Part shown: positions 9,059 through 18,514 of the stretch, in pieces
How the letters are laid out: each line of letters starts with the position of its first letter
Numbering within the stretch: the first letter of the stretch is position 1
Origin: Candidatus Brocadiia bacterium
Lineage (GTDB): Bacteria > Planctomycetota > Brocadiia > CAIUPP01
Direction: 5' to 3'
Length of the DNA stretch: 64,000 nt
Assembly (NCBI GenBank): GCA_050015075.1
Contig: JBEKCB010000003.1
Coordinates: forward strand, 32,001 to 96,000
Translations under genes and position numbers: made by a program
Notes under the pieces: generated by a model
What the model was told of the DNA's origin: nothing
Databases searched by the model: none
Seen by the model: only the letters and a program-made list of their open reading frames with translations

Positions 9059-9391
9059 ATGACCGAGCCCAACGACGGCCCTCAGGCCGGGCTGATGGAG
9101 CACATCCAGCGCATCCTCGTTCACGGCCTGGGCGCTCTGCGCTGCTACATCACCATGCTGGCGGCGGAAGGAGAGCGGCGCGGCCGGCGGCTGCTGGACC
9201 AGGCAATGTGGGTGCTCCTGCTGGCGGCCCTCGGCTTCCTGGGCGTGGGCTTGTTCGCTTTCGGCGCGGCCCAGTGGATCGAGAGCCGCCTGTCGGTGCC
9301 CGGCTCCGGCGCGATGATCGTCGGCATGGCGCTGATGGTGATCTTCCTGTCCATCGCCCTGGCGCGCGCGCTGCGAAAGGAGCGGGACTGA
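9059..9391 (+). CDS. YqjE-like (holin-X superfamily) two-TM protein
   Basis: Two hydrophobic helices; follows an ElaB-like gene as in yqjDEK-type clusters. Confidence 0.6.
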   Translation: MTEPNDGPQAGLMEHIQRILVHGLGALRCYITMLAAEGERRGRRLLDQAMWVLLLAALGFLGVGLFAFGAAQWIESRLSVPGSGAMIVGMALMVIFLSIALARALRKERD

Positions 9392-9750
9392 TGAGCGATC
9401 CCCGCCCGCGCGTGAGCGACCTGACGCCCGAAGAGCTTGAACTCCTGGCGCTGGAGCACGTCGAGAGCATGTTCATCGAACTCCGCGCCACGAGCGCGGC
9501 CGCCCGCGAGCAGTGCCACCCGGTGAAGTTGATCAAGGCCCATCCCTTCATCGCCGCGGGGATCGCGGCGGCGGCGTTCATGCTCGCCCGGCAACTGTCG
9601 CCGAAGCCCGCCGGAAGTTCCGGGAAGAAAGCCGCGGCTGCCGCGCCCGGCTTGTTCGATTCCCTGCTGTCCGGCGTGGCAGGCGCTGCAGGCAACGCGT
9701 TGCCGGAGCTGGTGGCATCCTGGCTGGCCCAGGGAAACAAGCTGGCCTGA
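9391..9750 (+). CDS. YqjK/DUF3618-like small protein
   Basis: ATG overlaps the upstream TGA; IKAHPFIAAGIAAAAF segment; occupies the yqjK position. Confidence 0.55.
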   Translation: MSDPRPRVSDLTPEELELLALEHVESMFIELRATSAAAREQCHPVKLIKAHPFIAAGIAAAAFMLARQLSPKPAGSSGKKAAAAAPGLFDSLLSGVAGAAGNALPELVASWLAQGNKLA

Positions 9751-9800
9751 TTGTCTAACCGGGCTCAGAACAAGTTATCAAAACCTCGTCATCGCACTCC

Positions 9801-9849
9801 TGCTCGTAATCGCTTGCCCGCCGTAGCCTTGGCGAAGGCGGGTAATCGC
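9801..9849. repeat. REP-like palindromic element, family shared with 58738-58774
   Basis: Reverse complement gcgattacccgcct-[tcgccaaggctacg]-gcgggcaagcgattacgagca matches 58738-58774 except for the central segment. Confidence 0.75.
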
Positions 9850-9968
9850 CGATTCCGTCCCAGCAGGCCGAAGCGCTTCTCCCCGGAAGGATTTACAGAA
9901 CCGGCGTTTCGTTGTATGATTGCTCCTTTGACGCGGCCGGTTCCGGCCGGTTCCTTTCGGTTCAATCC

Positions 9969-10844
9969 ATGGCTGATGAGCGTTCGCCCGAGGCGATTGA
10001 CGCGGTGGCTCAGAAACTGCTCGCGCGGTACGGCGAGCACGTGGCCGCGCTGATCGCGTACGGCTCGCGCGTCTTCGGCCAGGCGCGCCGCGGGAGCGCG
10101 TTCGATTTCTGGCTGATCGTCCGCGATGCCGAGGCGTTCCATCGCGCCAACGCGGAGTTCTATCGCACCTGCCTCAACGTGCCGAGCACGCCCGAGGAGC
10201 AGATCCGCCTCAACCGCGCCGGCCCGCTCTTCTACGCGCTCAGGGAGGACGGCGCCGAGGTGAAGCTGGCCGTGCTCGACGAGCGCAGCTTGGCCGAGTT
10301 CTGCGTCCATGACTGGTGGACCGTCAAGGGCCGCATGCAGAAGCCGCTGCGGATGATCCGCTCGACGCCAGCGGTGGACCAGGCGATCCTCTCCGCGCGC
10401 CGCGAGGCGCTCGCCTGCGCGCTCAACCTGGTCCCGCGCGAGTTCACCACCGAAGAACTGCTGCGCGAGATCGTCGGCCTGAGCTACCGCGCCGAGGTGC
10501 GCCCGGAGAACAAGTCGGCCAAGGTCCGCTCGATCCTCGAAGCCGGCCGCGCGGAGCTGGGGCGGATTTACCTGCCGCTCCTCGCAGAGCTGCCGTACGT
10601 CGAGCCGCGCGGCGAAGGCTGGCTGGACCGGCGCGGCGCCGAAGAACGCGCCCGCGCGCGCGCCGCCACTCTGCGCGCGCTCCGCCGGTCCAAGTGGTGC
10701 CGGCAGAGCCTCCGCTTCATCTGGCGCAACTACCGCTCCTACGCCAAGCCGCTGCGGTATATCCTCCTGAAGATGGTCGGTGAGGTCGAGAAGACGTTCA
10801 AACGACGGTCAGTGAGGCCCAATGGCCCTGGTAACGCTGAATGA
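9969..10844 (+). CDS. Tam41/Mmp37-like nucleotidyltransferase (putative phosphatidate cytidylyltransferase)
   Basis: AYGSRVFGQ...FDF, FHRAN, VKLAV, GRMQKPL, EIVGLSYRAEVR..E...KVRSI parallel the Tam41 motifs (AYGSGVF.Q, GRL.KPV, LSY.GD.R, KV.NIV) in the same order. Confidence 0.75.
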   Translation: MADERSPEAIDAVAQKLLARYGEHVAALIAYGSRVFGQARRGSAFDFWLIVRDAEAFHRANAEFYRTCLNVPSTPEEQIRLNRAGPLFYALREDGAEVKLAVLDERSLAEFCVHDWWTVKGRMQKPLRMIRSTPAVDQAILSARREALACALNLVPREFTTEELLREIVGLSYRAEVRPENKSAKVRSILEAGRAELGRIYLPLLAELPYVEPRGEGWLDRRGAEERARARAATLRALRRSKWCRQSLRFIWRNYRSYAKPLRYILLKMVGEVEKTFKRRSVRPNGPGNAE

Positions 10845-12723
10845 AGTCAGCATGATGTTCTCCGGCCGCCGCGTGCTCGATGCGGCCGCGCTCAGCCTGC
10901 ACGAGGGCGAGGCGGTCGGCCTGATCGGGGCGAACGGGTCGGGCAAGACGACGCTGCTGCGGATCATCGCCGGCGCCGCGCAGCCCGACTCCGGCCGCGT
11001 GGACCGCCGCAAGGGCCTGCGCATCGGCTTCATGGAGCAGGAGCCCGACCTGTCCCCGGAGATGAGCCTGCACGACGCCGCGCTGGGCGCCTTCGCCGAG
11101 CTGCTCGAGACGGAGCGGCGGATGCGCGAGCTGGAGCGCGAGATCGCCGAAGCGCAGGCGGACCCGCGCCATCACCTGCTCCGGCAACTCGGCGCGCTGC
11201 AGACGCAGTTCGAGCACGCCGGCGGCTACGAGCACGAAAGCCGAACCGAGGCCGCGCTGATGGGGCTGGGCTTCACGCGCGACGAGTTCGCGCGGCCCGT
11301 CTCCGTCCTCAGCGGCGGCGAGCGCACGCGCCTGGCCCTCGCGCGCCTGCTGCTGCGCGACGCCGAACTGCTGCTCCTCGACGAGCCCACCAACCACCTC
11401 GACCTCGCCGGCATCGAATGGCTCGAGACGTACCTCCAGAAGAAGTTCCGCGGCGCCGCGCTGATCGTCTCCCACGACCGCCTCTTCCTCGACCGCACGG
11501 TGAAGAAGATCCTCGACCTCGACGCCGGCCGCGTGACGGAATATCCGGGCAACTACACGCAGTACGCCGGGCAGAAGGAGCTTCACCGCCTGGAGCAGAC
11601 GCGCAAGTACCAGGAGCAGCGCGCGTTCATCGAGAAGGAGGAGGATTTCATCCGCCGCTACCATGCCGCGCAGCGCGGCCGCGAGGCGCGCGGGCGGCAG
11701 AAGCGGCTCGACCGGGTCGAGCGCATCGCCGCGCCGACGCACCACCGGAAGATCGCCGTCCGGTTCCAGCCGCGGCGCGAGTCCGGCGAGACGTGCGTCC
11801 GCGTCGAGGCGCTCACGAAGCGCTTCGGCGAGCGCACGCTCTTCCGCGGACTCGACCTCGAAGTCGCGCGCGGCGAGCGCGTCGCCATCATCGGCCCGAA
11901 CGGCTCCGGCAAGACCACGCTGCTCAGGATTTTGCTCGGCGAGGCGGAGCCCGACGGCGGCACGCTCTACGTCGGCCACCAGGTCCACTTCGGCTACCTG
12001 CCGCAGGAGCCCACCGGGCTGAATTCCGAACAGACCGTCCTCGAGACGGTGTGGGGGCGCGACCGGAAGCAGGACGAAGTCGCCGTGCGCAGCCTCCTCG
12101 GCCGGTTCCTCTTCAGCGGCGACGACGCGGTCGGCAAACGGCTGTGCGACCTGAGCGGCGGCGAGCGCACCCGCGTGGCGCTGGCCTGCCTGATGGTGGA
12201 CCGCCCCAACGCGCTGGTGCTCGACGAGCCGACGAACCACCTGGACATCGCCTCGCGCGAGGCGCTCGAGGCCGCGCTCGAGACCTACGGCGGCACGCTG
12301 ATCATGGTCTCGCACGACCGCTACTTCATCAACCGGCTCGCGCAGAAACTGCTCGTGCTCGACGGCGCCGGCGGCGCGCCGAAGCTGGTCCTCGGCAACT
12401 ACGAGACGTACGAGAGCGCGCGCCAGGAAGCCGCCGCGCTCGCGCAGTCCGCGGCGCCCAGGCAGAAAAAGTCCGCCGGCTTGCCCTCCGGAGCTTCAGC
12501 CAAGGAGGGCCGCCGGCCGCTCTCGAAGAACCGGCTCGCCGGCCTCGAAGCCGACATCTCGCGGATGGAAGCGGAGAAGAACCGTCTCGAGGAGGACCTC
12601 GCAAAGCCCGAACTCTATTCCGACCCGGTCAAGGCGCGCGAGACGCCGAGGCAGTACGAAAAGGTCTGCCGCGAACTCGAGGCGCTCTACCGCGAGTGGA
12701 CGGAGAACGAAGTAGCGCCCTAG
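10822..12723 (+). CDS. ABC-F family ATPase (Uup/YheS-like)
   Basis: Two ABC domains (GANGSGKT, GPNGSGKT; LSGGE x2; LDEPTNHLD x2), no TM segments, C-terminal coiled coil. Confidence 0.92.
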   Translation: MALVTLNEVSMMFSGRRVLDAAALSLHEGEAVGLIGANGSGKTTLLRIIAGAAQPDSGRVDRRKGLRIGFMEQEPDLSPEMSLHDAALGAFAELLETERRMRELEREIAEAQADPRHHLLRQLGALQTQFEHAGGYEHESRTEAALMGLGFTRDEFARPVSVLSGGERTRLALARLLLRDAELLLLDEPTNHLDLAGIEWLETYLQKKFRGAALIVSHDRLFLDRTVKKILDLDAGRVTEYPGNYTQYAGQKELHRLEQTRKYQEQRAFIEKEEDFIRRYHAAQRGREARGRQKRLDRVERIAAPTHHRKIAVRFQPRRESGETCVRVEALTKRFGERTLFRGLDLEVARGERVAIIGPNGSGKTTLLRILLGEAEPDGGTLYVGHQVHFGYLPQEPTGLNSEQTVLETVWGRDRKQDEVAVRSLLGRFLFSGDDAVGKRLCDLSGGERTRVALACLMVDRPNALVLDEPTNHLDIASREALEAALETYGGTLIMVSHDRYFINRLAQKLLVLDGAGGAPKLVLGNYETYESARQEAAALAQSAAPRQKKSAGLPSGASAKEGRRPLSKNRLAGLEADISRMEAEKNRLEEDLAKPELYSDPVKARETPRQYEKVCRELEALYREWTENEVAP

Positions 12724-12763
12724 AAGGACGAAAGCGGAAATGCGCTGATGCTTCGCGCGTTCA

Positions 12764-13369
12764 TCATCTATCCTGCGCTCTTTGAATCTCCAATCCCGGC
12801 AAGGCTTTCTTGAGGCGATCGAGCCCGCTTTCCGTCACTTTGGGGCATCCTCGCACGTAAAGCTCTTTCAAGGCCGTCTTTTCCCTCAAGCCTTCGAGGC
12901 CCGCATCGGTCAGTTGATCGTCATAAAAGAGGCACAGATTCCACACGTTCTTGGGAATATGCGCAAGTTCGCCGTCGGTAACATTGGTTCTTGTCAGGAA
13001 AAATTGTCCGAGGCCCTTCAAATCGTCCATATGCGCCATTCCCTGTTCGGTGAGATTGGCGCAGTTATCCAGGTCCAGCACAGACACGCCGCCCAAATAT
13101 TGGAGTCCAGAACCGGTGAACTTGGGGCTGCTGATCGTGACCTGCTCATCCCCAATCCATTTGATTCGTGCCAGTGGCGCGAGCCCGGCGTCGGTCACTT
13201 GGGAATCATACAATTGGAGGCAATCAAGCTTACTGCGCCCTTTTAGCGCTGCAGCCAGGTCGGAATCCGTCGCGCCTTTCGGCATCGCCAGGTAGCCGCC
13301 GTCATCATAGTCCTTCCAGTTGCAGCCTGAGAGCGCCAGCAGAACGCAGCAAAGCGCATAATACCGCAT
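12764..13369 (-). CDS. Leucine-rich repeat lipoprotein
   Basis: Lipobox LSG-C; repeated L.L....(V/L)TDAGL..L units; visibly more AT-rich than its flanks. Confidence 0.8.
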   Translation of the reverse strand: MRYYALCCVLLALSGCNWKDYDDGGYLAMPKGATDSDLAAALKGRSKLDCLQLYDSQVTDAGLAPLARIKWIGDEQVTISSPKFTGSGLQYLGGVSVLDLDNCANLTEQGMAHMDDLKGLGQFFLTRTNVTDGELAHIPKNVWNLCLFYDDQLTDAGLEGLREKTALKELYVRGCPKVTESGLDRLKKALPGLEIQRAQDR

Positions 13370-13546
13370 CAGGGCGCCTCCTCTGAACCGCCGAATCCGC
13401 TCGGATTGCGCTCAAGGGGATTCTACTGCACATACGCTCAATGTCAAGATGCGGGCGCTCTGTATTCTGAATTCTGCGGTTCGGGTTCTCTTTGCACTCT
13501 GCTCGCGTGGCTGATAAGATCGCTGCACCCCGGTAAAGGAGGCCGA

Positions 13547-14209
13547 ATGAATCTGATCGAACTCTTCAAGGAATACTTCCTGCACCTCGACAAGCACCTG
13601 CCCGCGTTCGTGGATGCGCACGGGGCCTGGGTGTACGGGCTGATGTTCGTGATCATATTCGCCGAGACCGGGCTGGTGGTGACGCCGTTCCTGCCGGGCG
13701 ACTCGCTGCTGTTCCTCGCGGGTTTCGTCGCCGTTGGCAGCACCGTGGTGAACCCCGCGCTGCTGATCCTGATCCTGGCGGCGGCGGCGATCCTCGGCGA
13801 CACGGTGAACTACTCGGCCGGGCACTTCATCGGGCCGAAGGTGTTCAAGAGGCCCAAGTCGCTGCTCTTCAACCCGGAGCACCTCCAACGCGCGCACCGG
13901 TTCTACGAGAAGTACGGCGGCGAGACGATCATCATCGCGCGGTTCATGCCGATCATCCGCACGTTCGCGCCGTTCGTCGCCGGGATCGGCCGGATGAGCT
14001 ACGCGCGGTTCATCTCCTACAACGTCATCGGCGGCGCCGGCTGGGTGACGCTCCTCGTACTGGCCGGGTATTCGATCGGCCGGCTGCAAATCGTCCGCGA
14101 TCATCTCAGCGTCGTCACCATGGTCATCATCGCGCTCTCCGTCATGCCGGCGGTCATCGAGGCGTATCGGGCCTGGCGCGAAAAACGACAAGGGCAAGGT
14201 GTAAAATGA
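13547..14209 (+). CDS. dedA: DedA family membrane protein
   Basis: FAETGLVVTPFLPGDSLLF, GDTVNY, ARFMPIIRTFAPFVAG; AAGGAGG RBS. Confidence 0.93.
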   Translation: MNLIELFKEYFLHLDKHLPAFVDAHGAWVYGLMFVIIFAETGLVVTPFLPGDSLLFLAGFVAVGSTVVNPALLILILAAAAILGDTVNYSAGHFIGPKVFKRPKSLLFNPEHLQRAHRFYEKYGGETIIIARFMPIIRTFAPFVAGIGRMSYARFISYNVIGGAGWVTLLVLAGYSIGRLQIVRDHLSVVTMVIIALSVMPAVIEAYRAWREKRQGQGVK

Positions 14210-14247
14210 CGTACGCGCCGTTGAGCTTGCGGAAAGGAGAAGCGGAT

Positions 14248-15897
14248 ATGGAACCTGCGAGACGCGGACATTTTCAGCTTGCGCTTTTCGCTCTGCACTT
14301 CGCGCTTTGCGTTTTGCTGTTCGGCTGCGGGCGCAGCGAGCCGATGATGCCGATGCCGAGCGCCACGGCGGCCGCCGCGGAGCCGTCGGCGCCCGACTTG
14401 CCCGCGCCGAAGCTCGCGGTCCGAATGCCGGCGGTGGCCGGCGGGTTCTACCCGGCCGATCCGAAAGCGCTCCGCGCAACGGTGGACGCCTGCCTGGCCG
14501 AGGCGACGGCGGCGGAGTTCAAGGGGCGGATCCTGGCGCTCATCGCGCCGCACGCCGGGTACGAGTACTCCGGCAGGGTCGCCGGCTTCTCGTTCAAGCA
14601 GGTTCGCCCCGGCGCGTTCCAGCGCGTGATCGTGCTCGGGCCGAGCCATTACGGCGCCTTCCGCGGGTTCTCGATCATGGACGTCGGCGCGTACGCCACC
14701 CCGCTGGGCGAGGTGCCGCTCGACCGGCCGGTCTGCGCGAAGCTGGCGGCGCATGAGCTGCACGTCCGCGCCGATGAGTTCCAGATGCGTGAGCATTCCG
14801 TCGAGGTCGAGCTGCCGTTCCTCCAGGCCGCGCTCGGCGAGTTCCGGCTCGTTCCGATCCTCGTCGGCTTCCTTGGGCCCGGCGACGCGGAAAAAATCGC
14901 CGCCGCGCTGCGCGAATACCTGACGCCCTCGACGCTCGTGGTCATCTCCAGCGACTTCACGCACTACGGAGCGTCGTACGAATACGTGCCGTTCACCAAG
15001 GACATCGAGCAGAACCTGCACAAGCTCGACTTCGGCGCGGTGGACTTGATCCTCGCGAAGGATTACGGCGGCTACGTGAAGTACATGCGGGATCCCGCGC
15101 CGACGATCTGCGGGCGGTTCCCCATCGAGGTGCTGCTCAAGCTGCTGCCGGCGGAGGCGGAAGGCCGGCTGCTGAAGTACGACACTTCCGGGCGCGTCAC
15201 GGGCGACTTCTCGCTCTCGGTCAGCTACGTCAGCGCGATGTTCACCGTCCCGGCGGACTGGAAACCGGCGGCAGCGGCCGCCACGACGCCGGCCGCGCCG
15301 ATCGAGGAAAAAGCCCTGACGGCCGAGGAGAAGAAGACGCTGCTGCGGATCGCGCGCGACACGCTGGAGGCGTTCGTCCGCACCGGGCGGCCGCCGGAGA
15401 TCGCCGCGGACCCGTCCGCGCTGACGCCGTCGCTCAAGGCCGAATGCGGCGCGTTCGTGACGCTCAATAAGAAGAACGAGGGGCTCCGCGGCTGCATCGG
15501 GAACATCGGCTACGCGGACCCGCCGCTGCGGCGCGGGCTGATGCCGCTCTACAAGACCGTCGCGAACATGACGGTCGAGGCGTGCTCCCAGGACCCGCGC
15601 TTCGAGCCGGTCCGCGCGGGCGAGCTGAAGGACATCGAGCTGGAAATTTCCGTGCTCTCGCTGGCGCGGCAGGTCCGCGGGCCGGAGGATTTCGAAGTCG
15701 GCAGGCACGGCATCATCATCCGCAAGGAAGGCGGCGGCGCGGTCTTCCTGCCGCAGGTCGCGCCCGAGCAGCATTGGACCCGCGAGGAGACGCTCGACCA
15801 TCTCTGCGTCAAGGCCGGCTGGCCCCCCGATGAATGGCGCAAGCCGGGCATGGCGTTCTATACCTTCACCGCGCAGGTGTTCGCGGAAGGGCAGTGA
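14248..15897 (+). CDS. amrB: AmmeMemoRadiSam protein B (Memo-like) and protein A (AMMECR1) fusion with lipoprotein-like signal
   Basis: Memo motifs: VAGGFYP, APHAGY.YSG, GPSH, EHSVEVELPFLQ, SSDFTHYG, TICG. AMMECR1 motifs: GAFVTL, LRGCIG, DPRF.PV, EISVLS, FLPQVA. N-terminal LLFG-C. Confidence 0.9.
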   Translation: MEPARRGHFQLALFALHFALCVLLFGCGRSEPMMPMPSATAAAAEPSAPDLPAPKLAVRMPAVAGGFYPADPKALRATVDACLAEATAAEFKGRILALIAPHAGYEYSGRVAGFSFKQVRPGAFQRVIVLGPSHYGAFRGFSIMDVGAYATPLGEVPLDRPVCAKLAAHELHVRADEFQMREHSVEVELPFLQAALGEFRLVPILVGFLGPGDAEKIAAALREYLTPSTLVVISSDFTHYGASYEYVPFTKDIEQNLHKLDFGAVDLILAKDYGGYVKYMRDPAPTICGRFPIEVLLKLLPAEAEGRLLKYDTSGRVTGDFSLSVSYVSAMFTVPADWKPAAAAATTPAAPIEEKALTAEEKKTLLRIARDTLEAFVRTGRPPEIAADPSALTPSLKAECGAFVTLNKKNEGLRGCIGNIGYADPPLRRGLMPLYKTVANMTVEACSQDPRFEPVRAGELKDIELEISVLSLARQVRGPEDFEVGRHGIIIRKEGGGAVFLPQVAPEQHWTREETLDHLCVKAGWPPDEWRKPGMAFYTFTAQVFAEGQ

Positions 15898-15956
15898 TCG
15901 GTTTCGGACAGGACTTGCAGGTATACTTGCGGCGAACCGCAGGCGATTCCGACCGG

Positions 15957-17219
15957 CTACTCGCGGACTTGCCCATCGCCATAGACGACATATTTGTAGC
16001 TGGTCAGCTCCGGGAGCGCCATGGGGCCGCGGGCGTGGAGCTTGTCGGTGCTGATGCCGATCTCGGCGCCCATGCCGAACTGCGCGCCGTCGTTGAAGCG
16101 GGTGCTCGTGTTGATGAAGACGGCGGCGGAGTCCACGCGCGCGGCGAACTCGCGCGCGCTCGCCAGGTCGCGCGTGAGGATCGCGTCGCTGTGCTGCGTG
16201 CCGTAGCGCGCGATGTGGCGGACCGCCTCGTCGAGCGAATCCACGACGCGGATCGAGAGGATCAGGTCGTTGTACTCGGTCGCCCAGTCCTCCTCGGTCG
16301 CGGGCTTCATCGCCTTGACGATGGCGCGCGAGCGCGCGTCGCCGCGCATCTCGCAGCCGGCCTTTTTCAGCTTCGCCGCGATGCGCGGCAGGAACTCCTT
16401 CGCGACGGCGGCGTGGACGAGCATCGTCTCCATCGCATTGCAGACCGACGGCCGCTGCAGTTTCGCGTTCAGGCAGACCTTTTCCGCCATTGCCAGGTCC
16501 GCGGAGGCGTCCACGTAGGTATGGCAGACGCCCTTGTAATGCTTGAGGACGGGGATGCGCGACTTCTCGGCCACGGCGCGGATGAGCCCTTCGCCGCCGC
16601 GCGGGATGACGACGTCAATCTTCCCCTCGGCGCGGAGCAGCAGGTCGAGCGCGGCGCGGTCGGGCGTGTTCACCATTTGAACGGAATGCGGGTCGAGGCC
16701 GGCCTCGGAGATCGCCCCGGCGAGCGCCGCGTGGATCGCCAGGTTGCTCCGGAGAGCCTCCTTGCCGCCGCGCAGGATGACGGCGTTGCCGCTCTTGAGG
16801 CAGAGGGCGGCGGCGTCGGCGGTGACGTTCGGGCGCGCCTCGTAGATCATCAGGATGATGCCGAGCGGCACGCGGATTTTCTCGATGCGCAGCCCGTTGG
16901 GCCGGGTCCAGCCGGCGATCAGCTCGCCGACGGGGTCGCGCAGCGCGGCGACCTGGCGCAGCCCGCCGGCCATCTCGGCGATGCGTTCGCGGGTCAGCCG
17001 GAGCCGGTCCAGCATGGCGGGCTTGATCCGGTCGTCACGGCGGGCGGCATCGAGATCCTTCCTGTTTGCGGCAATGATCGCGGGGGTTCGGCGGACCAGC
17101 GCTTCCGCGGCATTCAGCAGCACGGCGTCCTTCGCCGCGGTGGAGGCCACGGCCAGCGAAGCGGCCGCCTCGCGCGCCTGCGAGACCAACTGCCAGACGT
17201 ATTTTTCAAGTTCGGCCAT
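15957..17219 (-). CDS. proA: Gamma-glutamyl phosphate reductase
   Basis: IYEARPNVT, LKSGNAVILRGG, IPRGGEGLI, CNAMET, GAEIGISTDKLHARGP. Confidence 0.96.
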   Translation of the reverse strand: MAELEKYVWQLVSQAREAAASLAVASTAAKDAVLLNAAEALVRRTPAIIAANRKDLDAARRDDRIKPAMLDRLRLTRERIAEMAGGLRQVAALRDPVGELIAGWTRPNGLRIEKIRVPLGIILMIYEARPNVTADAAALCLKSGNAVILRGGKEALRSNLAIHAALAGAISEAGLDPHSVQMVNTPDRAALDLLLRAEGKIDVVIPRGGEGLIRAVAEKSRIPVLKHYKGVCHTYVDASADLAMAEKVCLNAKLQRPSVCNAMETMLVHAAVAKEFLPRIAAKLKKAGCEMRGDARSRAIVKAMKPATEEDWATEYNDLILSIRVVDSLDEAVRHIARYGTQHSDAILTRDLASAREFAARVDSAAVFINTSTRFNDGAQFGMGAEIGISTDKLHARGPMALPELTSYKYVVYGDGQVRE

Positions 17220-17259
17220 CGCTCTTCCGCCCATCCATGCTTCGTGGTTCGCAAATGAC

Positions 17260-17291
17260 ACAGCATGACGAGCTTGCGCCCGTCATGCTGT
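17260..17291. terminator. Perfect 11-bp intergenic hairpin (possible terminator or processing stem)
   Basis: acagcatgacg-N10-cgtcatgctgt between the oxidoreductase gene and proA; no clear U-tract. Confidence 0.4.
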
Positions 17292-17331
17292 ATCAACGTC
17301 TGCGAGCCTGATCAAGCTGCAAGACTAACTT

Positions 17332-18435
17332 TCAAATGCGGCAAACGGCGGCTTTCGATTTCACGCTCTTGTAAATCTGCGGATTCTGCCGCTGGCATTC
17401 CTCGATCACGGCAATCTGGCGCCGGACCTGCTGGGGCGTGATCTCCAGCGGCTTACCCGCGCTGAGCGTGCGGTACAGCCCGGCATAGAACTCGCCGGCC
17501 ATGCCGCCGTACAAGTCCGCCTGGGCCGGCGGCACTTCCCATTTGTCGGTGTGCCACTTGAGCGCCTCCGAGACGTAGGCGGGCAGGCCTTCCGCGTTGA
17601 CGATCGGCGTGCGAATGAGCTTCTGCTTCGGCGCCTCGCTGAGCTTGAAGTACCGCCACTCGGCCGCGCCGGTCGTCGCCTTCATGCCGCCGCGCGTGCC
17701 CTGGACGACGTACGCCGGGCCCGGATACGCCTGGCACGAGGAGATCTCGAGGTCCACCACCGGGTTCTTCGGCCCGCTGAGGATGAGCTTGACGTAGTCC
17801 TCCGCGTCGCCGAACGTGTTCGCGCGGTCCATGAAGCAGGTGACGCGCGGCATGCCCTCGCCGAACAGCACCAGCGCCTGGTCGAGCGGGTGCGGGCCGG
17901 TGTTGAGGAGGTTGCCGCCGTTGTTCTCCTGCAGCGTCTGCCAGTCCCACCGCCGCGCGAAGCCGCTCATGGCCGTGGAGATCTGCACGATCCGCCCGAG
18001 CACGCCGGACTTGATGACTTTCTGGACCTGGCGGAAATACGGGGCGTAGCGCGACTGCTGGAAGATCGCGAGCAGCTTGCCGGACTTCTTGGATGCCGCG
18101 ATCAATTTGTCCACGTCGGCCGCGGTCCGCGCGAGCGGCTTCTCGCAGAGGACGTTGAAGCCGGCCTTGAGGAACTCCAGCGACACCAGCACGTGCAGGT
18201 GGCTGGGCGTGGTGTTGATGACCAGGTCGAGGTCCTTGCGCTTGAGCAGTTCGCGGTAATCGGCGTATACGTCGCAGCCGTACTCCTGCGCCGCGCGCTG
18301 CCGCCGCTCCTCCAGCGGGTCGGAGACCGCGACGATGCGGTAATGCTGCTCGTCCTTGACCTTAAGCAGGTGCGCGCCGTGAATGCCGCGCCCGCTGCGG
18401 CCCTGACCGATGATGGCGACACGGATCGTCTTCAT
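17332..18435 (-). CDS. Gfo/Idh/MocA family oxidoreductase
   Basis: IIGQGRSG Rossmann motif, TPSHLH, VLCEKP, GGNLLNTGPH.LDQ. Confidence 0.9.
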   Translation of the reverse strand: MKTIRVAIIGQGRSGRGIHGAHLLKVKDEQHYRIVAVSDPLEERRQRAAQEYGCDVYADYRELLKRKDLDLVINTTPSHLHVLVSLEFLKAGFNVLCEKPLARTAADVDKLIAASKKSGKLLAIFQQSRYAPYFRQVQKVIKSGVLGRIVQISTAMSGFARRWDWQTLQENNGGNLLNTGPHPLDQALVLFGEGMPRVTCFMDRANTFGDAEDYVKLILSGPKNPVVDLEISSCQAYPGPAYVVQGTRGGMKATTGAAEWRYFKLSEAPKQKLIRTPIVNAEGLPAYVSEALKWHTDKWEVPPAQADLYGGMAGEFYAGLYRTLSAGKPLEITPQQVRRQIAVIEECQRQNPQIYKSVKSKAAVCRI

Positions 18436-18514
18436 TCTCTCTCCTTTGCCTCGATGGTCCTGCACCCTTGAGCACTCACGTCCGGCCGGCGGGAAAGTTC
18501 GTGCCAGCGGCGAT

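Noticed and set aside
9059-9391. Prophage holin
   Set aside because: The context is an elaB/yqjE/yqjK-type stress cluster with no phage genes.
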